This document shows, one piece after another, positions 28,717 to 43,170 of a DNA stretch of 64,000 nt. This DNA is from the human T2T-CHM13v2.0 reference genome, Homo sapiens. The stretch lies in assembly GCF_009914755.1 (NCBI RefSeq), contig NC_060928.1. One strand, 5' to 3'. Made by a program: the position numbers and the translations under genes. Within the stretch, counting starts at the first letter, position 1, and every line of letters begins with the position of its first letter. Under the pieces are notes generated by a model, which searched no databases, was not told the origin of the DNA, and worked only from the letters and a program-made list of their open reading frames with translations.

Positions 28717-29447
28717 CATCTTTTCTTGAAACTGTCTTCCTTGGACTTTCTCAATTCCAGTTCTCCTGGTATTTCTACTGCTACGAATTGTTCCTTCATT
28801 ATTCATTTTGTTGCCTTGTTCTTCCTTTCCTTTTTTCTTAAACTTGGGTCTTTCCCACTGCTTTGGCATGTATAACACTGCCAAAGCCCTTAGCCATTAT
28901 CTCCATATAGATAAATCACACATTGTGATAATTAGTCTCAGTAGTTCTGAATAGCTCATTCTTATTTCCCACTTCCTTTTTGTTGACAACGTGTATCCTT
29001 TCTAAAGTTTCAATATCTGCTTGCGGTACAATTTTCCTATTTATTCAAATTCAATCGGAGTAATAATGCTTGACTGCTCTTCCCTTGTATTAATTTCCAA
29101 CAAGTATCAAATCCCATAGATTCTGTATTAAAAGTATTTCTTTCATCTGTCCATTAGGATTTATTCCTTCCCACTTACATGCCATCATCATGAAGGGAGC
29201 TTTTATTATCATGGCTCAGTGACTGCCATGTCTCCTGACTGTTTCACCTATTGAGCCACCTCTTCCAAACTACCAGCTTATGGCTTCAGTCTTCTATGAT
29301 TCCCATTGGTCACCTTCTATATTAAAAATGAGAACAACTTAAGAAATTAGGTCCTAAAATAAATTTCCCAGCGTATGCATTCCTTCCATAATAACTATTA
29401 CTTATTTAGCATATACTATGTGCCAAAAACATCATTAGCCATGTTAC

Positions 29448-29857
29448 TGATAGAGACAGGAGACAGCCAAGGGTCCCCGGCAAAACCCCACCTTTAAGCC
29501 TAAAGCAGCCTGACGGCTGAAAAGCCGTACTGCAGGTCCTGGATGAAGCCAGGCTTTTCCCGACTGATTGTTCCTGAATGATGCCCATCTGCGCACTGGG
29601 AAGACGGGGTGGAGCCTTGGGAAGTTCCCGCCATTTGCAAGGGGGAGGAACCTGGCCTCTCCTGTTCCTGTGTGGTGACCTGGGATTCAATCTGTGAGGC
29701 GGGAAACCTGCTAGCAGTACTCTCTCTCACTTTGCTGAGAGTTATTTTTCCTTTTTTCTTTTCGCCCAATAAACCCTGCTCTACTCACCCTCCAATGCAT
29801 CCGCGTGCCTAAATTTTCCTGGTTGTGTAACAAGACCCTGTTTTTTTTCCAACAACA
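29448..29857 (+). mobile_element. MER48 solo LTR (ERV1), inserted in a MIR
   Basis: tgatagagacaggagacagccaagggtccccggcaaaaccccacctttaagcctaaa ... aataaaccc ... aacaaca. Confidence 0.8.
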
Positions 29858-31379
29858 TTTTATATATCACTTTTAACCTCTTCGACAACTCAGAAAACTA
29901 AAGCTTATTATATCTATTGTAGGTTTTAGCAAACAAGATTCAATTAGTGATATATTTGCTTCCATAATGTCACACCTACTAGAAGGCAGATAGCTCTATC
30001 ATTTGATCCAGATCTCTTGGATTCCCAAAGCTCATTCTGAAAATGTAATATATAAGATGCTACCAAGATGCATATACTAGAGAATCACTGAATGAAAATA
30101 AAAATATTTGTATTATATGTCACTATATACTGAAAAAAATTAAAAATTAATACAATGAAGTTAGGAAGTTTACTCTTTAGGGATTTTTGTTGATGTAGAA
30201 TAAAATTAAGTATAAAGCAAGAAAATATTGATACTTTTACCTGCTCTAAATTTCTTATCTCAGATTCATGAAATGGTAACTTCTATGTCAGCGAAGTATT
30301 TATTTAGATCCAAACTGGGATTGTAACTATAAGAAGGAAAATATCTTACTACTCTGCAAACAATGGCAGGGACTTCTTCTGGAAGGTATTATGTGAAATT
30401 GATGCTTGTAAACACATGATTACAAAAGATGTTTATAATGAACTACATGCTTGAGTTTGCCTCTCATGCACAATAATAAAGTGCTGACTACCTATTCCTC
30501 CAGCTAGAAGGAAACTAAGTAAATATATGAAAATGGTTCTGTGAATGCCCAAGATGTCACAGTGTGTAAGAAAACAAGGCTTTCCCCCACAACCATCATA
30601 GTAAAATAAAACAGAAAAAAAAAAAACTTTGGTAAACTATAAGCTACTGCTCAGAGGTTTTATTGTAATAAAGTATTCAGTGGTTCCACTTTGGTTCTTG
30701 TTTATCTCTCTGTTTCCATTTTTGTTTATGTCATTAATATGTGTTTGTATATAAGTTTCTGATTCCTTCTTTTAGTACCATCCCTCCAATTTTATGTTTA
30801 TGAATTGTTCCAAAGAGGGGGAAAAAAAAGGCATTTTATGTCAAACAACATGGCTTATTGTCCAGCCTGAGGAAGCCATTATACATAGGAAGTGAATGAA
30901 AATTAAACTCATTCTGGATGCAGTTGAAGACAATCCTTTTTGTTCTCTATATTCAAGAAGGATTTATCAGTCTCTGAAACTTAAGAGACCCAGAATCTAA
31001 AAGGGATTTCAAGAGATCAATCTAGAAGTAAAAGGAAGGCACTTTGATGTATTCAAACATCAATTCAATATAGGTTATTGCCAGAATCTTATCAGAATCT
31101 GCCAGTGATTCCTAGACATTACTTTAAAGCCGGTATTTATGTAACTAATACAATTCTTTGATTTCAAGTGGCAGAAAGAAGTGGAAGAATTTATTATAAC
31201 TATTCAAGAATATTTTACAGAATGCAATGACAGGAATAATCCTTGTCTCAAAGAGATTTAGAATTTATAAATGGAAAAACATCAAAAAGTTAGCAGTATT
31301 CTGACTCCATCTCTCATTTGTACTTCTTTCTGTGCCGTACTGTTTATTTTACGTTGTGTAAAAGTCCAACGATACCCCA

Positions 31380-31543
31380 TAAGGGTATAGGGGTTGCTCA
31401 CTGCACAAGGATATTCAGCTGAGGGAGTTAAAATACAGTCCTAGTTCTGCTAGCCATGCAGTGAACCCTGAGGGCTGAGTTGTCCTAGAAAGGGTATCTC
31501 TTCCAGTTTCCAAAAGGCAGCATATGGTCAAGTGGAGGCGCCA
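31380..31543 (-). mobile_element. MER91A-like DNA transposon
   Basis: ggttgctcactgcacaagg...cagctgaggg...caaaaggcagcatatgg matches reverse MER91. Confidence 0.55.
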
Positions 31544-31754
31544 TCAAATGGGTTTGCATGTTTCAGATCCAATCACCCAAAGAAAATGAATATGAATAAA
31601 ATGAATAAATTGCAAATCGCCAGAAAAGAGATTTTGATTGAATGTGCTACCCAGTCCTGGCTTAATTAGCAGTGATTCAGAAGGTAAGGATATGTTTTTA
31701 AAAAAGAAGTTGTCAATTAGAATTTGGTAGATGCAGTAGTTCTTCACAAAACCT

Positions 31755-32060
31755 CTTTTCTTTTCTCTTTTCTTTTTTTTTATTGAGACAGGGTCTCACT
31801 GGTGCCCAGACTGGAGTGCAGTGGCACAATCATGGTTCACTATAGACTTGACCTCCTGGACTCAAGTGGTCCTCTCGCTTCAGCCTCCCAAGCTGCTGGG
31901 ACTATAGGCACATGCCACACACTTGGCTAAGTTTTGCACTTTTTTGTAGAGAGAGATTTTACCATGTTGTCCAGGCTGGTCTCAAACTCTTGGGCTCAAG
32001 CAATTCTCCCGCCTTGGTCTCCCAGTGTGCTGGGATTACAGGCATGAGCCATTGCACCCA
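31755..32060 (-). mobile_element. AluJ
   Basis: Reverse Alu with J diagnostics (gagacagggtctcact, tgggctcaagcaattctcc). Confidence 0.92.
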
Positions 32061-32357
32061 GTTCTAATTTTTATATTTCAGACTGCCCACCAACCACACA
32101 AATTTCCTAAGAGTTGATTATTTATGTTTATATTAGAATGAGAAATACAACAAGTAGAAATGATAAAAATGATCTAGATTTGGAGCAAGAGCTAGTTTCT
32201 AGGTTTTTTTCCTCCGTGTGTTTAAAATTATTTATAGGTTGGCTTTGCATTTCTAGGGGACTGGAGATCCATTTATTTTTCAATTAAAATATAAGGTATG
32301 ATTGTTGAAATATTTGTTTTGTATGTTTTCCCCAGAATAATTTTAATCTTTCTTTTG

Positions 32358-32565
32358 AGGTTACCAAATTTAGCAAATAAAAATACAGGGCACCCCATTA
32401 AATCTGAATTTCAGATAAACAATAAATTATTTAGTATATGCCCATGTAATATTTGAGATACAATATACTTAAAATTATTGCATGGGACATATGGATGTTA
32501 AATAATTATTCACTGTCTGAAATCCAAATTTAACTTGGCATTCCTTATTTCATCTGGCATACTTA
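32358..32565. mobile_element. MER53 palindromic DNA transposon (MITE)
   Basis: aggttaccaaatttagcaaataaaaatacagggcaccccattaaatctgaatttcagataaac, with inverted counterpart tctgaaatccaaatttaacttggcattcc...catctggca. Confidence 0.8.
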
Positions 32566-32602
32566 CTTCCTTTTTATTATAGATTGAACCCTATGGATTT
32601 AC

Positions 32603-33109
32603 TGTAGGAGACCAGAATATGCAGCCCCAAAGTGTGGATTTTTCACATTTTGCTGAAGACAATTAAGAAGAAGCAAATGCAGGAAAGCTTTCTGTCCTCC
32701 CTTTTTTTATTTTTAGTTTTTATTTGCTTAAAAGCGGTATATAGATTTATAAATACAAAAGGTTTGGACACTTATCATCTGAAATACCCAAGGGATCTAC
32801 ATTAGTAACCTTTACTGACTAGCCTTTATCCATCATTTATTTGCCTTTCCCCAAGTTGCTGACTATAGCGACTCAAAGTCTTTTTCCTTTGTCTTATTTC
32901 TCTAAAAAGTATACTGTTCTTTGTTGAAGATGCTATGTAAGCTGGGATTCAAAGCCACTCCTTTGAGAATTACTCATTCCCTGGGTGTCTCCTATGTATA
33001 CGTGAAATATACATATTAATTTTTGTGTTGTTTTTCTTTTATCTGTCTTTCGGAACAGGGATCCTTTCCAATTAAGAATCTACGTGGCTTGTAGAAAAAA
33101 ACCGCTACA
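32603..33109 (+). mobile_element. MER34-family solo LTR
   Basis: Starts tgtaggagaccagaatatgcagccccaaa; contains agccactcctttgagaattactcattccctggg; ends ctaca. Confidence 0.7.
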
Positions 33110-35933
33110 CCATGTTTACACATTTCTAGATCTAAATTTGGCAGAGAAATTAGGTCAAGGAAATAGACATATGTCCCTACATATAAAATTCATTAAAGCT
33201 TGACTTGGTGACTTTACAGTAAAATAGGATAAATTATTACCTGGTCTATATGAGTGAAATTCAGTCTATACATTTTCTTTCATCAAAAAAATAAGAGAAG
33301 AATAATATGTTTTATTTTCATAGTATTATATGTGTACTCAATCACACAATGCAGCAAGGATATTTTACAAATAAAATATAATTATCACATAATTTCATCA
33401 AAAACTAATTTAGTTTTTTAGAGATTAAAAAGTCAGATACCATTTCCATGCATTACTATTTTCATGTCTCTATTTTTTCTTTTTAATCCTAAATATTTGT
33501 AATAGCCTTACATTAACTACACAGAATCACTGCAGTTATTTATAGCTGGCCATTTTTTTGAATAAAACTAATTTTGTTTTTAGTTCTTGAAATGGAAGAA
33601 AAAGACGTGTTTCTGCAGTTTAAAAAATAGCACACTGTGAGTTAAATTAAAAACTTAAATCATAGAGTTTTGCAAAAGGGGTAACTATCTTATTAAGTCA
33701 TATATAACTTGGAATAATTGTTATTTAAATGCACACAAAATGCATTTGATGTTAGATTTAATCAGGTAATTCCAGTAAGAATATGAATTTTGTAGGACAT
33801 TAGAGAAATCTCTTAATTTTCCTTTATTACTCAAAAGTAATGACACCATGATTATTTTATGGATTTGATGAGCACCTATTCTGTTCTATGTAGTAAATTA
33901 GTCAAAATCTGTATTTTAATCTTGTTTCCTTCCTATAATTTCTATCAGGTAAATATTATAGCCTAGAGTTTTTAAAAACTGTTAGAAACTGGTGCTTAGA
34001 AATATTTATTAGTTCCTCTAAGTAACATATAAATAGTAAGTGGCCACCTCTGGTTCTGAAGCCAAAAAACTAAATTTATTGTATTTCTAAAATATTTTAC
34101 TCACTTTCAAGTCAGGAAGAACTGATAATTTATCTTGGTTTTGGGATTTTTTTCTTATTCCCAATAAAAATAAATATTAAAATTTAATTAACATTGATAT
34201 CCAACAACTTTTTTGTTGTAATGAATAATTTGGCTTGAGCTGTAGTACACTGAGAAGGGGACATGGATAATATCTAATCCTCTCTTGGTGGAAATGTTTT
34301 TGTAAGTTATACTAATTTTTCAATGTATTTGAAGAATACTGTCAGTCTTAGAGAATGAGCAAGATAATGTTGACCACTAGAGGGCTTGAAATTTGTGATC
34401 ACCGTTAGTAATCTAGAAATACTGATGGACATTTCATTAAGGGCTTCTGGTAAATTTTGAAAAGAAATAGACACTTTGACTCCATGGATATTATATAAAG
34501 AACAAATGTTGTAGTTAAAATTAATTTTAATGTTTATGTTTATTGGAATGTTTACTTCTAAACAACTGTAGCATTAGGGTGGTTATTTTACAATTATTAC
34601 TTGATAAATTTCCCAAAGCACCTTAGTGAAAGTGGAAGACAATATAATTAGGGTGAAGTACTAGAATGAACACGAGGGAGAGGCTCTTAGAATACCTACT
34701 CAGAAGAGAGGCCAACAGATGACTAGAAAAGACTCTCTGGAGATAAGAAGAGAAAAGATGACAAAGAGGCAAAGAGAACCAACCAAAAAAAATTATTTTT
34801 TCCTTGAGTTAATTGGTAAATATTAGTAATGTGAAGCCAAGGGTAGAGAGACTGGGCTAAGTATTAATAATTATTGTAAAAGTGACATTTATTAGATGCT
34901 TACTACATGCCAGGACTCTGCTGACATTTACATGCATTAACTCATTGAAACATCAGAAAAACCTCATGATATTTATTATATTCTTATTATTTTACAAATA
35001 AGGAAACATCACATCTTCCCTTCATAGACCCTCATTCCTCCCCCTAAAAAAAAAAAAAAACCCAAAAACATTCAATGAGGGCTGTGGCAGACACAGTGCA
35101 GTTTTTCTAAAGCAGATGCAGTCTGTAGAGACTAAAGATTTGGAGCTTATTGAGTTTGAGATGTAGGACAAAGCAAAGGTACCTGGTGAGGATGCATTCT
35201 TTATAGGCTTTGGAAGAACTGAGTCAGTGCATTTAACAACATCTGAGAGTAAGAAGTTAAATGCCATTGAACAATATCTGATAGTTGGAAGATGGAAATT
35301 ACATGTGGTCCAAAATCTTGTATGGGGGACAAGGGAAAGATAAAATGGTTAATGGATTACAATGTTAAATGACTAGGTATTTAAAGGCTTATCTAGGTCA
35401 TAGATTCTTAAAGGCTATATACATGGGGAAATAAAGCAAAACACAACAGAAAGCAAACGCACGATGCACTAAATATGTGTTCTGTAACAATTTTTTGCTA
35501 TAGCTAGTCATAAGGAAATCCTGTATTTTTGTTACTCCCTGAAGAGCTGAAAAGGAGGTAGAGGTCAAGTCATTGGCTTATGGAATGTTATCTTGAGAGA
35601 ATTGTATATAAAAATGCACTTATGGTGGTTTTAAATGCAAGCACACTCAAGCTGAAACACACAATAATAGGTAACATACCTAGAGAAAAAAAATCTTTTA
35701 ACGAGCAGGAAGTGACAGATGAAAGCATAGAATTAGCCATTGTCTTCAGCAAGATGTTGTTCACGCTGATTCCAATAAGCGTAATTATGTAACATTCTCC
35801 AGTAGTGTTCAACCACTTGAATGTAGGAACATATTAACAGTTAGTTGGATTTGACCAGTGTTTAGGTTTTGCCAGGGAAGAATAATTGAGGGAGAAAGAA
35901 AAAGGGGCATTAAGGACATTTGTTAGAAAGTAA

Positions 35934-36238
35934 AGCTGGGCACAATGGCTCATAATTGTAATCCCAACACTTTGGGAGGCCTAGGCAGGAGTATTGCTTC
36001 AGCCCAGGAGTTGAAGACCTGCCTAGGCAACACAGTGAGACCCCCATCTCCAGAAAAATAAGAAAATTAGCTGGGTGTGGTGGTGAGCACCTGTAGTCTA
36101 AAATATTCAGGAGGCTGAGGGGGGAGGAATGCTTGAGTCCAGAAAGGTGAGGTTACAGTGAGCTATGCTTATGCCTCTGCATTCCAGCCTGGGTGATAGA
36201 ATGTGACTCAGTCTCTCTCTCTCTCTCTCAAAAAAAAA
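35934..36238 (+). mobile_element. AluJ with (CT)n before the A tail
   Basis: gctgggcacaatggctc...cagcccaggagttgaagacc...ccagcctgggtgataga. Confidence 0.9.
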
Positions 36239-36813
36239 GTAGTTATATGATGGAAACATGAAAAACAAGCTGTACAAGTGACGTGAGGACACGAGGTAAG
36301 ATGAATAAAGGAAAGTTATGGGGTTAATGAATTAGTGCTAGTAATGAACTGGTGAATTGCATGAGTAGAGTACTAGAGTAAGTAGGCTAGAAGAATAGGA
36401 AATGACAGAATGAGATGTTTAAAAGAGAAATTCAAAGATGGTACAGGGTGATGACAATGTCTAGATATGACACATGAGTGGGTCACGGAAGAGTGATAGA
36501 GGACAAGATTATTAGAGGTAAGGAAACAAAGGGATTGAGGTCAAGGTGTTGGGTCATCTAATTGGATTTTGAAGTAGATAGCCATGATGACAGAAAATAT
36601 ATAAATGAGTGAAGAGCAGTGACTCAGAGGTCCCTACGTTGCTTAACAAGAAGGGAATCCATAGTGGCAAAGAATGATAACGTGTGTTTCAAAAGACAGA
36701 GTTTTGAAGTGTGAAATAGGAGTGACAGTTTGGAAGTAGCAACAGGGAGCAGAGAGGACGCTACCTCAAGCTCTAAGCGTATGTAGTATGTAGCATATAA
36801 GAGGAAAATAATA

Positions 36814-37143
<330 letters not shown>

Positions 37144-40100
37144 CTAGGGAAAGCAGGGTTTGCTGGAGTCAGGTTAATTTCAACAAGAATCTGAAGGAAA
37201 TGTTCAATAAAAAGATTAAGGAAGTAGAGGAATTTTCTGATAACTGGAAACAAGCTTTGGTGGAAGGACTTGGATGACCAAGAATGTGGGAGATGTGATC
37301 AGATTGGTGACGCTGAAAGCAGGGTGGTGATAAATACCTGTGAAATTAGGTGAACTGGGAAGCTTGGATTTCTGAGGGTGATACAAGGGAGCTGGTATTG
37401 GACTGGTATTGGAAGCATGATGAAATTCATTTCAGAAGCCACAGAGCACTGAGTTTGGAGGTCATGGGGTGGCTGTTATTGCCTTCAGCTGAAGATGGGG
37501 TGATAGGGAGGAGGTGGGTCTCATTCCTGGGATATCAGAAAATCTTGTGCCCAATGTTGCTGGCAAAAGAGCAATAATTCAGTTATCTTTAATTCCCCCA
37601 AAAGCCCTCTCTACTAAGTAATTATATTTATTGGAAAAACTCCCACAGAATCTCTAAAGCTCAAAAGTCCCTTGCTTTGTGAACTATTTTCTGGCTTCAA
37701 CATCCCATAGTTAGTCATTTCCTCTATTACCCAACACACAAAGTGCACAAATAGCACTTTGCACAAACCTTCTGTCTCTCTCACTATACACTAAGCTTCT
37801 TGACCCAAGAACTGTGGTTTACTTTGTATCTGTGCCAGAAAGTGGATCATATCCACAAACTGGATGACAAACTCAGGACCTACTCTTCAATAGTCTTTGA
37901 GGAGTAAACGAATTAGAAGTCTGCTTAAGTTGTGTTACTATTATTACTAGCTGTTGAACATTTACTTAAGGGTAAGCATTGTGCCAGGAGCTGCACATAC
38001 ATAATCCTGATTTTGTAGGTTTTCTCTTGATTATGCTTATGTTCTTCTAAGAGATAGAATTTTAATTAATCAAACTAAAGGTTAAATACTGCAATGACAA
38101 AAATAGAAAAAATGAAGGTGTTAATTTTACTGTGATGTTTATTATTTATTACTGTAACTGTTTTAAGACAAGAAACTTTCTGTAAAGTAAAATGATTCAA
38201 AGGGGGAAAATGGCTTACATGATTCAAATATGATCAAAACTTATTTTGAGTTTGTAAGAGAAATATGCAAATTAGACTCTGGTTGACAGTAAACTCAGCT
38301 AGGAATATGCAAAGAATCCTCAAACACCAATTTCACTGAGACAGAAAGAATGCTAGAGTGACAGTGTCATGAAATGTCACAGAAATTTTGGCATAGGTAA
38401 TGAAATTAGAAATTCTATTTTGCATTTAAATTATTTAAAATTATACTAAATTTTTTAAAAATAGGAGATGCCAAATAGCTTCATGTGCTTTCAATTTCAT
38501 AACACTCTCCTTCCCTAAGGAAAATACTATTGAATATCCAGGGCTTATGTGGAGCTTGCACAAGCCAGGGTCCCAGAGGGTCTGTGATATGAATCCTATA
38601 TTCTGAGTTGCACAGGAGAATCATACCAACTTCCACCATTGGTAAAAATTTAGGCGTGCAAGTCTGGAATAAGGACTCTCTGACATTTTGAAAGAGGAAG
38701 ATTTGAGCACTTCCTCATATCTCAGAAGCAACAAAGAATCCTTTTTTCAAAAAATTTTTATCCTCTGGGACATTTACAGAAGCATCACATTAAACCTGGA
38801 TAAATGAATGTATCCCAGTTACTTAGTAGTTGCTGGCATTGCATTGAATGTATTCTACTACTTAGTCAGTTGCTGACATTGCCCACGTGATGGATGCCAT
38901 GACTATACCTAGGATACAAGTAGAAGTAACGTAAGCAGCAGCAAGTATTTTTTGAAACAGGGAATGGTTTTAAGTTTTGATGTCCACAAGTAGGTTCTTA
39001 ATAGTTTAAGCATTTATTTAATTACTTGATCTAAGTGGCCAGCTAAATCAAATGATTCAGTAAAATGACTAAAACTAGGAAAATAGAGGGTTTGAATTAT
39101 ATAGTTGATATTCCTATTCAAATAGGTAGATAATTTGCCAATCTTCACTTCATTTGATGCTTCATAGCCATATCTTCAAGTTCATGGGCAAATAGAGCAG
39201 TAGTAGTTTCACTATATAATCAGCAGGATATGGAAGAGGCCAGACTGGTAAAATTAGAATTTTTTAATTGTGTGGGTCACAGTCTCTGAAAGAATAGTAC
39301 TTATGTTTTATTCTCTAATCTGCCAAAATTGCTGGACTGTGAACAAACCTTCAGATGCTTACTCAGATTGAACTATTTTAATACCCAATGATTACTATTT
39401 AGACTAAGTCAAATGAGGCAGATTTGCTAAAATAACTGCTGGACACATCTCAATAAAATTTATCTGTTGAGTATTTAAAAATTTGGACAGAAAACAGGAA
39501 CAAGTGTTACTAACTATTCTCAGGTGTTACTAAACTTATCAACTATAATCTCAGAAGTTCTGTGTTTACCTTTGAATTTTATTTGCTGACTTTATTCACT
39601 AGAGCTGTTATGACTTTTCCTAAAGTTAACTGTCCTGCTGAGTCTTGGATGCTAAGTGTGCAGGATAAGTTAGAAGCAGTCAGGATCTGGGGTTGGCCAT
39701 GTAGAAGTAATATTAGCTAAATGGTAAATAGGAAGGTAAGAGATTGTGTTCAGAGATGTCAGCTAGGAAACAGAGTGATAACACAAAATATTCAGTTTAA
39801 AACTGTCAGGTTGTAAGGATCAGGATACCAGGCTGAGAGATTAAGGGAAAATGGTCAGAGACCTATGAGAGATGGAAAATTAAGATGGTTCAAGTACTTA
39901 AACTTTTCAGTATGTGTAGCAGGAGGCTATAATCTGAAGCATAGAGTCTAAATAGTTATAGATAATTATTACTGGTAGCTATTCTTAACTATTTTTATGA
40001 GCTTTATACTAAAACTACTAAGACAGAGGTTCTTACAGAGCTCTTAAGGCTAGAAATGTTATTAAAATATTAGACTTGAATGAATGGGTACTTAGCGGCA

Positions 40101-41479
40101 GGTGAGACCTGAATGGAATAGGGGACTGATGAGTAGAGAGCTAGACAATTTTCCTACCTACATGTTTCTGAAAAGGAAGTGCTTAGATTTGCATCCCAGC
40201 TCCATCACATACTACCTGTATGGATTAAATTCATGTCATTTAACCTCTCTCATAATATTTAATATAGAAGATTGCTATGATAATAAATGAAATAAGTGCC
40301 TGACATCATGTCAGATTCAGAGTAACCACTCAATAAATGTTAATTTCTGTCCTTCTTCATCTACCACCTAAGCACACTTTGTTTTACAGTATTATGTTTA
40401 TTCTTGTATATCTCAATAAACTCTCTTTTTGATAATAGGAAAAGTGTGTTGGCATTTTATCACTAGTATCTACCTGATACATGGTAGGTGATCAAAAATG
40501 TATTCTATAGATATAGCATGTTTGGAAAGTATTCCCCTTCTAAAGGAAATATTCCCTTCCTAATAGGAAGATAATATGGAAAACTTTAAGACATTCTAAA
40601 TTTTACCAAGGACTTAACAACAACAAGATATATATACATCATTTATACTTTCTAGGATAGATGTCAATGAGATTTACAAAAATTAGACTGATGGAACTCT
40701 GTGGTGATAGGAATCAGAAACTTGGTCAGTTAAAACACTTAGAAGTGGGCCTTCTTCCCAGTAAAGTAGTTGAAAATACTAGACACTTGCTTTCTTGGCC
40801 TCCTTTGCTGCTGATGTGAACTTCACTAGAAAGATACATAACCCTCAGCCATGATCATGTTAAGAATTTCCTTCCCCAAGTAGGGACTTGGGGAAGATAG
40901 CACTGCTGGGAGCAGCAGTGGCCCTGGGACATAGTCCAACAAAAGTGCTAGGTGGATTGGTTGCAGAGTGGTATCTTCCACAAATTGGTTATGCAACATG
41001 ATTTTGGGCATTCTTTCTCAATTTTCTTTCCTAGGGATTCTGTGAGCAATCAATACCCTTTTCAATTCTACTTGCAACAAAACAGAAAGAATAGATTTTA
41101 AATATGCTGTCACCAAAGGCGCTCCGAACATATTTCTCTTTTCTTTACATTTTATCATGTTGGTGACATCGTAAAGGAAAAGATGCTGGAGGGGGAGGGC
41201 ATCTTTCAAGGAGAAAAGAAAGATTTATGTTGGTACTTAAAATGAGTTAAAATTTATTTCTAACAATATTAACAGGGACAACAACAGCTGTAGCAAGGAG
41301 AGAAAGTGTGTATAGTAGTTTAAAAATTGAAGATGAAATACTAGGATGGTGTCAGAAATTTTGAGTTTAATACTCTAGGAATAAAGTGATTCTGATTAAT
41401 ATGAGGGTGAATTCAGAGACAGACAAGAGTCCGATGTAACTGATTACATTAGCTCCCTTCCTCAATAACGTTGCTGGCT

Positions 41480-43170
41480 ACTGCCAAAACATTCCCACAT
41501 CTAATTATTCCAGCACTGCTGCCCTTCCATATCATCAAATTTTCATTCTCTACTGGATAATTTAAATCAACATGCACATATACTGTAATATCTCTCACCT
41601 ACAAAACCCTGCCCTGTTCCTATATCATCTTCTGTTTATATTCTACTCTACTTGTAGCAAAACTCAAGGAATAATTATCTAAACTCATCTTTATTTCCTC
41701 TCTTCTCATTCTCTCTTGAACCCACTTCATAAATCTTTCTTCCCCATTTAACCAAAACTACTCTTGTCAAGACCTTTTGTGATCTCTTTGTTGCTCATTT
41801 CAACAGTTTACTTTCAGTTCTCAAATTTCTTGACCCCTTCCAACAGAATTAGGCACAGTTAATTAGTCTCTCACTTTTGAACTACTTTTTGTGCTTGGAC
41901 TTTAGGACAACAAATTCTCCCCTATCTCACTTTTCATTCTTTTCCCTTCTTTTGTGGGTTATCTCTCATTTTTCCAATCTCTAAGCTTTGGAATATCTCA
42001 AAGCTCAATTGTTAGAATACCACTCTTTTCTATGTAAACTCATTCCATAAGTGATCTCAATCCAATTTGCTTTAAATGCTATAGATTTCAAGATTCATAA
42101 CTCCAGCCTAGATTTCACTCTTGTATGTCCAATTATCTACCTGATGTCTCCATTTGAATGTCTAATAGACATTTCAAACATTACATGTCTTAAACCAGAC
42201 ACCTGATTCCTCTATCAATAAACACTAGAATCAGCTCTTTCTGTAATCTTGTCCGTATGTAATTTCTGTTATGCATCATTTGACAATGGGGATATGTTCT
42301 GAGAACCATGTCCTTAGGTAATTTCCTAATTGTGCAAACTAAAAGTGTACTTATACAAACCTAGATGTTACAGCCTACTATAAATCTGGGCTATATGGTA
42401 TGGCCTATTTCTCCTAAGTTACAAACCTGAACAGCGTGAGTGCTGCAGGCAGTTATAACACAATGGTAAGTATTTCTGCATCTACACATGTGTAAATATA
42501 ATCTTCTGAGACCACCATTGTATAAGCGGTCAATCATTGACTAAAACATTGTTGTATGGCACATAACTGTATACAGTTAATTAAAATTCCATCTCTGCAG
42601 TTGTTTAAGCAAAACTCTAAAGTTGTATTTGCCTCCTTTCTTTATCTCACATTCAAACTATCAGCAAATATTGTTGGTTATACCTCAAAATGTATCTTAA
42701 ATTTGACCATTTTTCAATATCTCCATTGCTACTACTTTGGTTCAAGATACAATACATCTTGCCTGAATTACTGTAAAAGCCTTCAACTGGTTTCCCCACT
42801 TGTGCTCTAGACTCCTAGTCTCTCTTTTCCACCTAGCAATCAGTGTGAATTTTTTAAAATAGGTCAGAGTATGTCATTTTTTTTCTATATTCAGTAAAAT
42901 CCAAAGCCTATTCTCTGACCTTCAGTGCCCTACATAGTCTTCCTCCTGTTACTTCGCTGAATTTAACTACTCCTATTCTCACTTTGTTCACTGTGTTCCA
43001 GCCTTACTGGCCTCCTTGCTATTTCCCTCTCACCAAGTACCCACCTAATTTTGCAGTTGTCATTTTCTCGGCATAGGACATAGATAGCCAAGACATAATT
43101 TTCTTTTCCCATTTCTTTCTAGTCCTTCTTTAATTGTCACTTTGTTGTGAGACATAACATTCTCCCTAGA
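41480..43170 (+). mobile_element. L2 (about 1.4 kb net) interrupted by Tigger3a
   Basis: Pyrimidine-rich L2 motifs: ctcttgtcaagacc, atctccatttgaatgtctaatagacatttcaaac, tcttgcctgaattactg, ccagccttactggcctccttgct. Confidence 0.75.
42266..42569 (+). mobile_element. Tigger3a DNA transposon
   Basis: acaatggggatatgttctgagaa...acaaacctagatg...aacacaatggtaagtattt...gaccacc...ggcacataactg. Confidence 0.85.
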
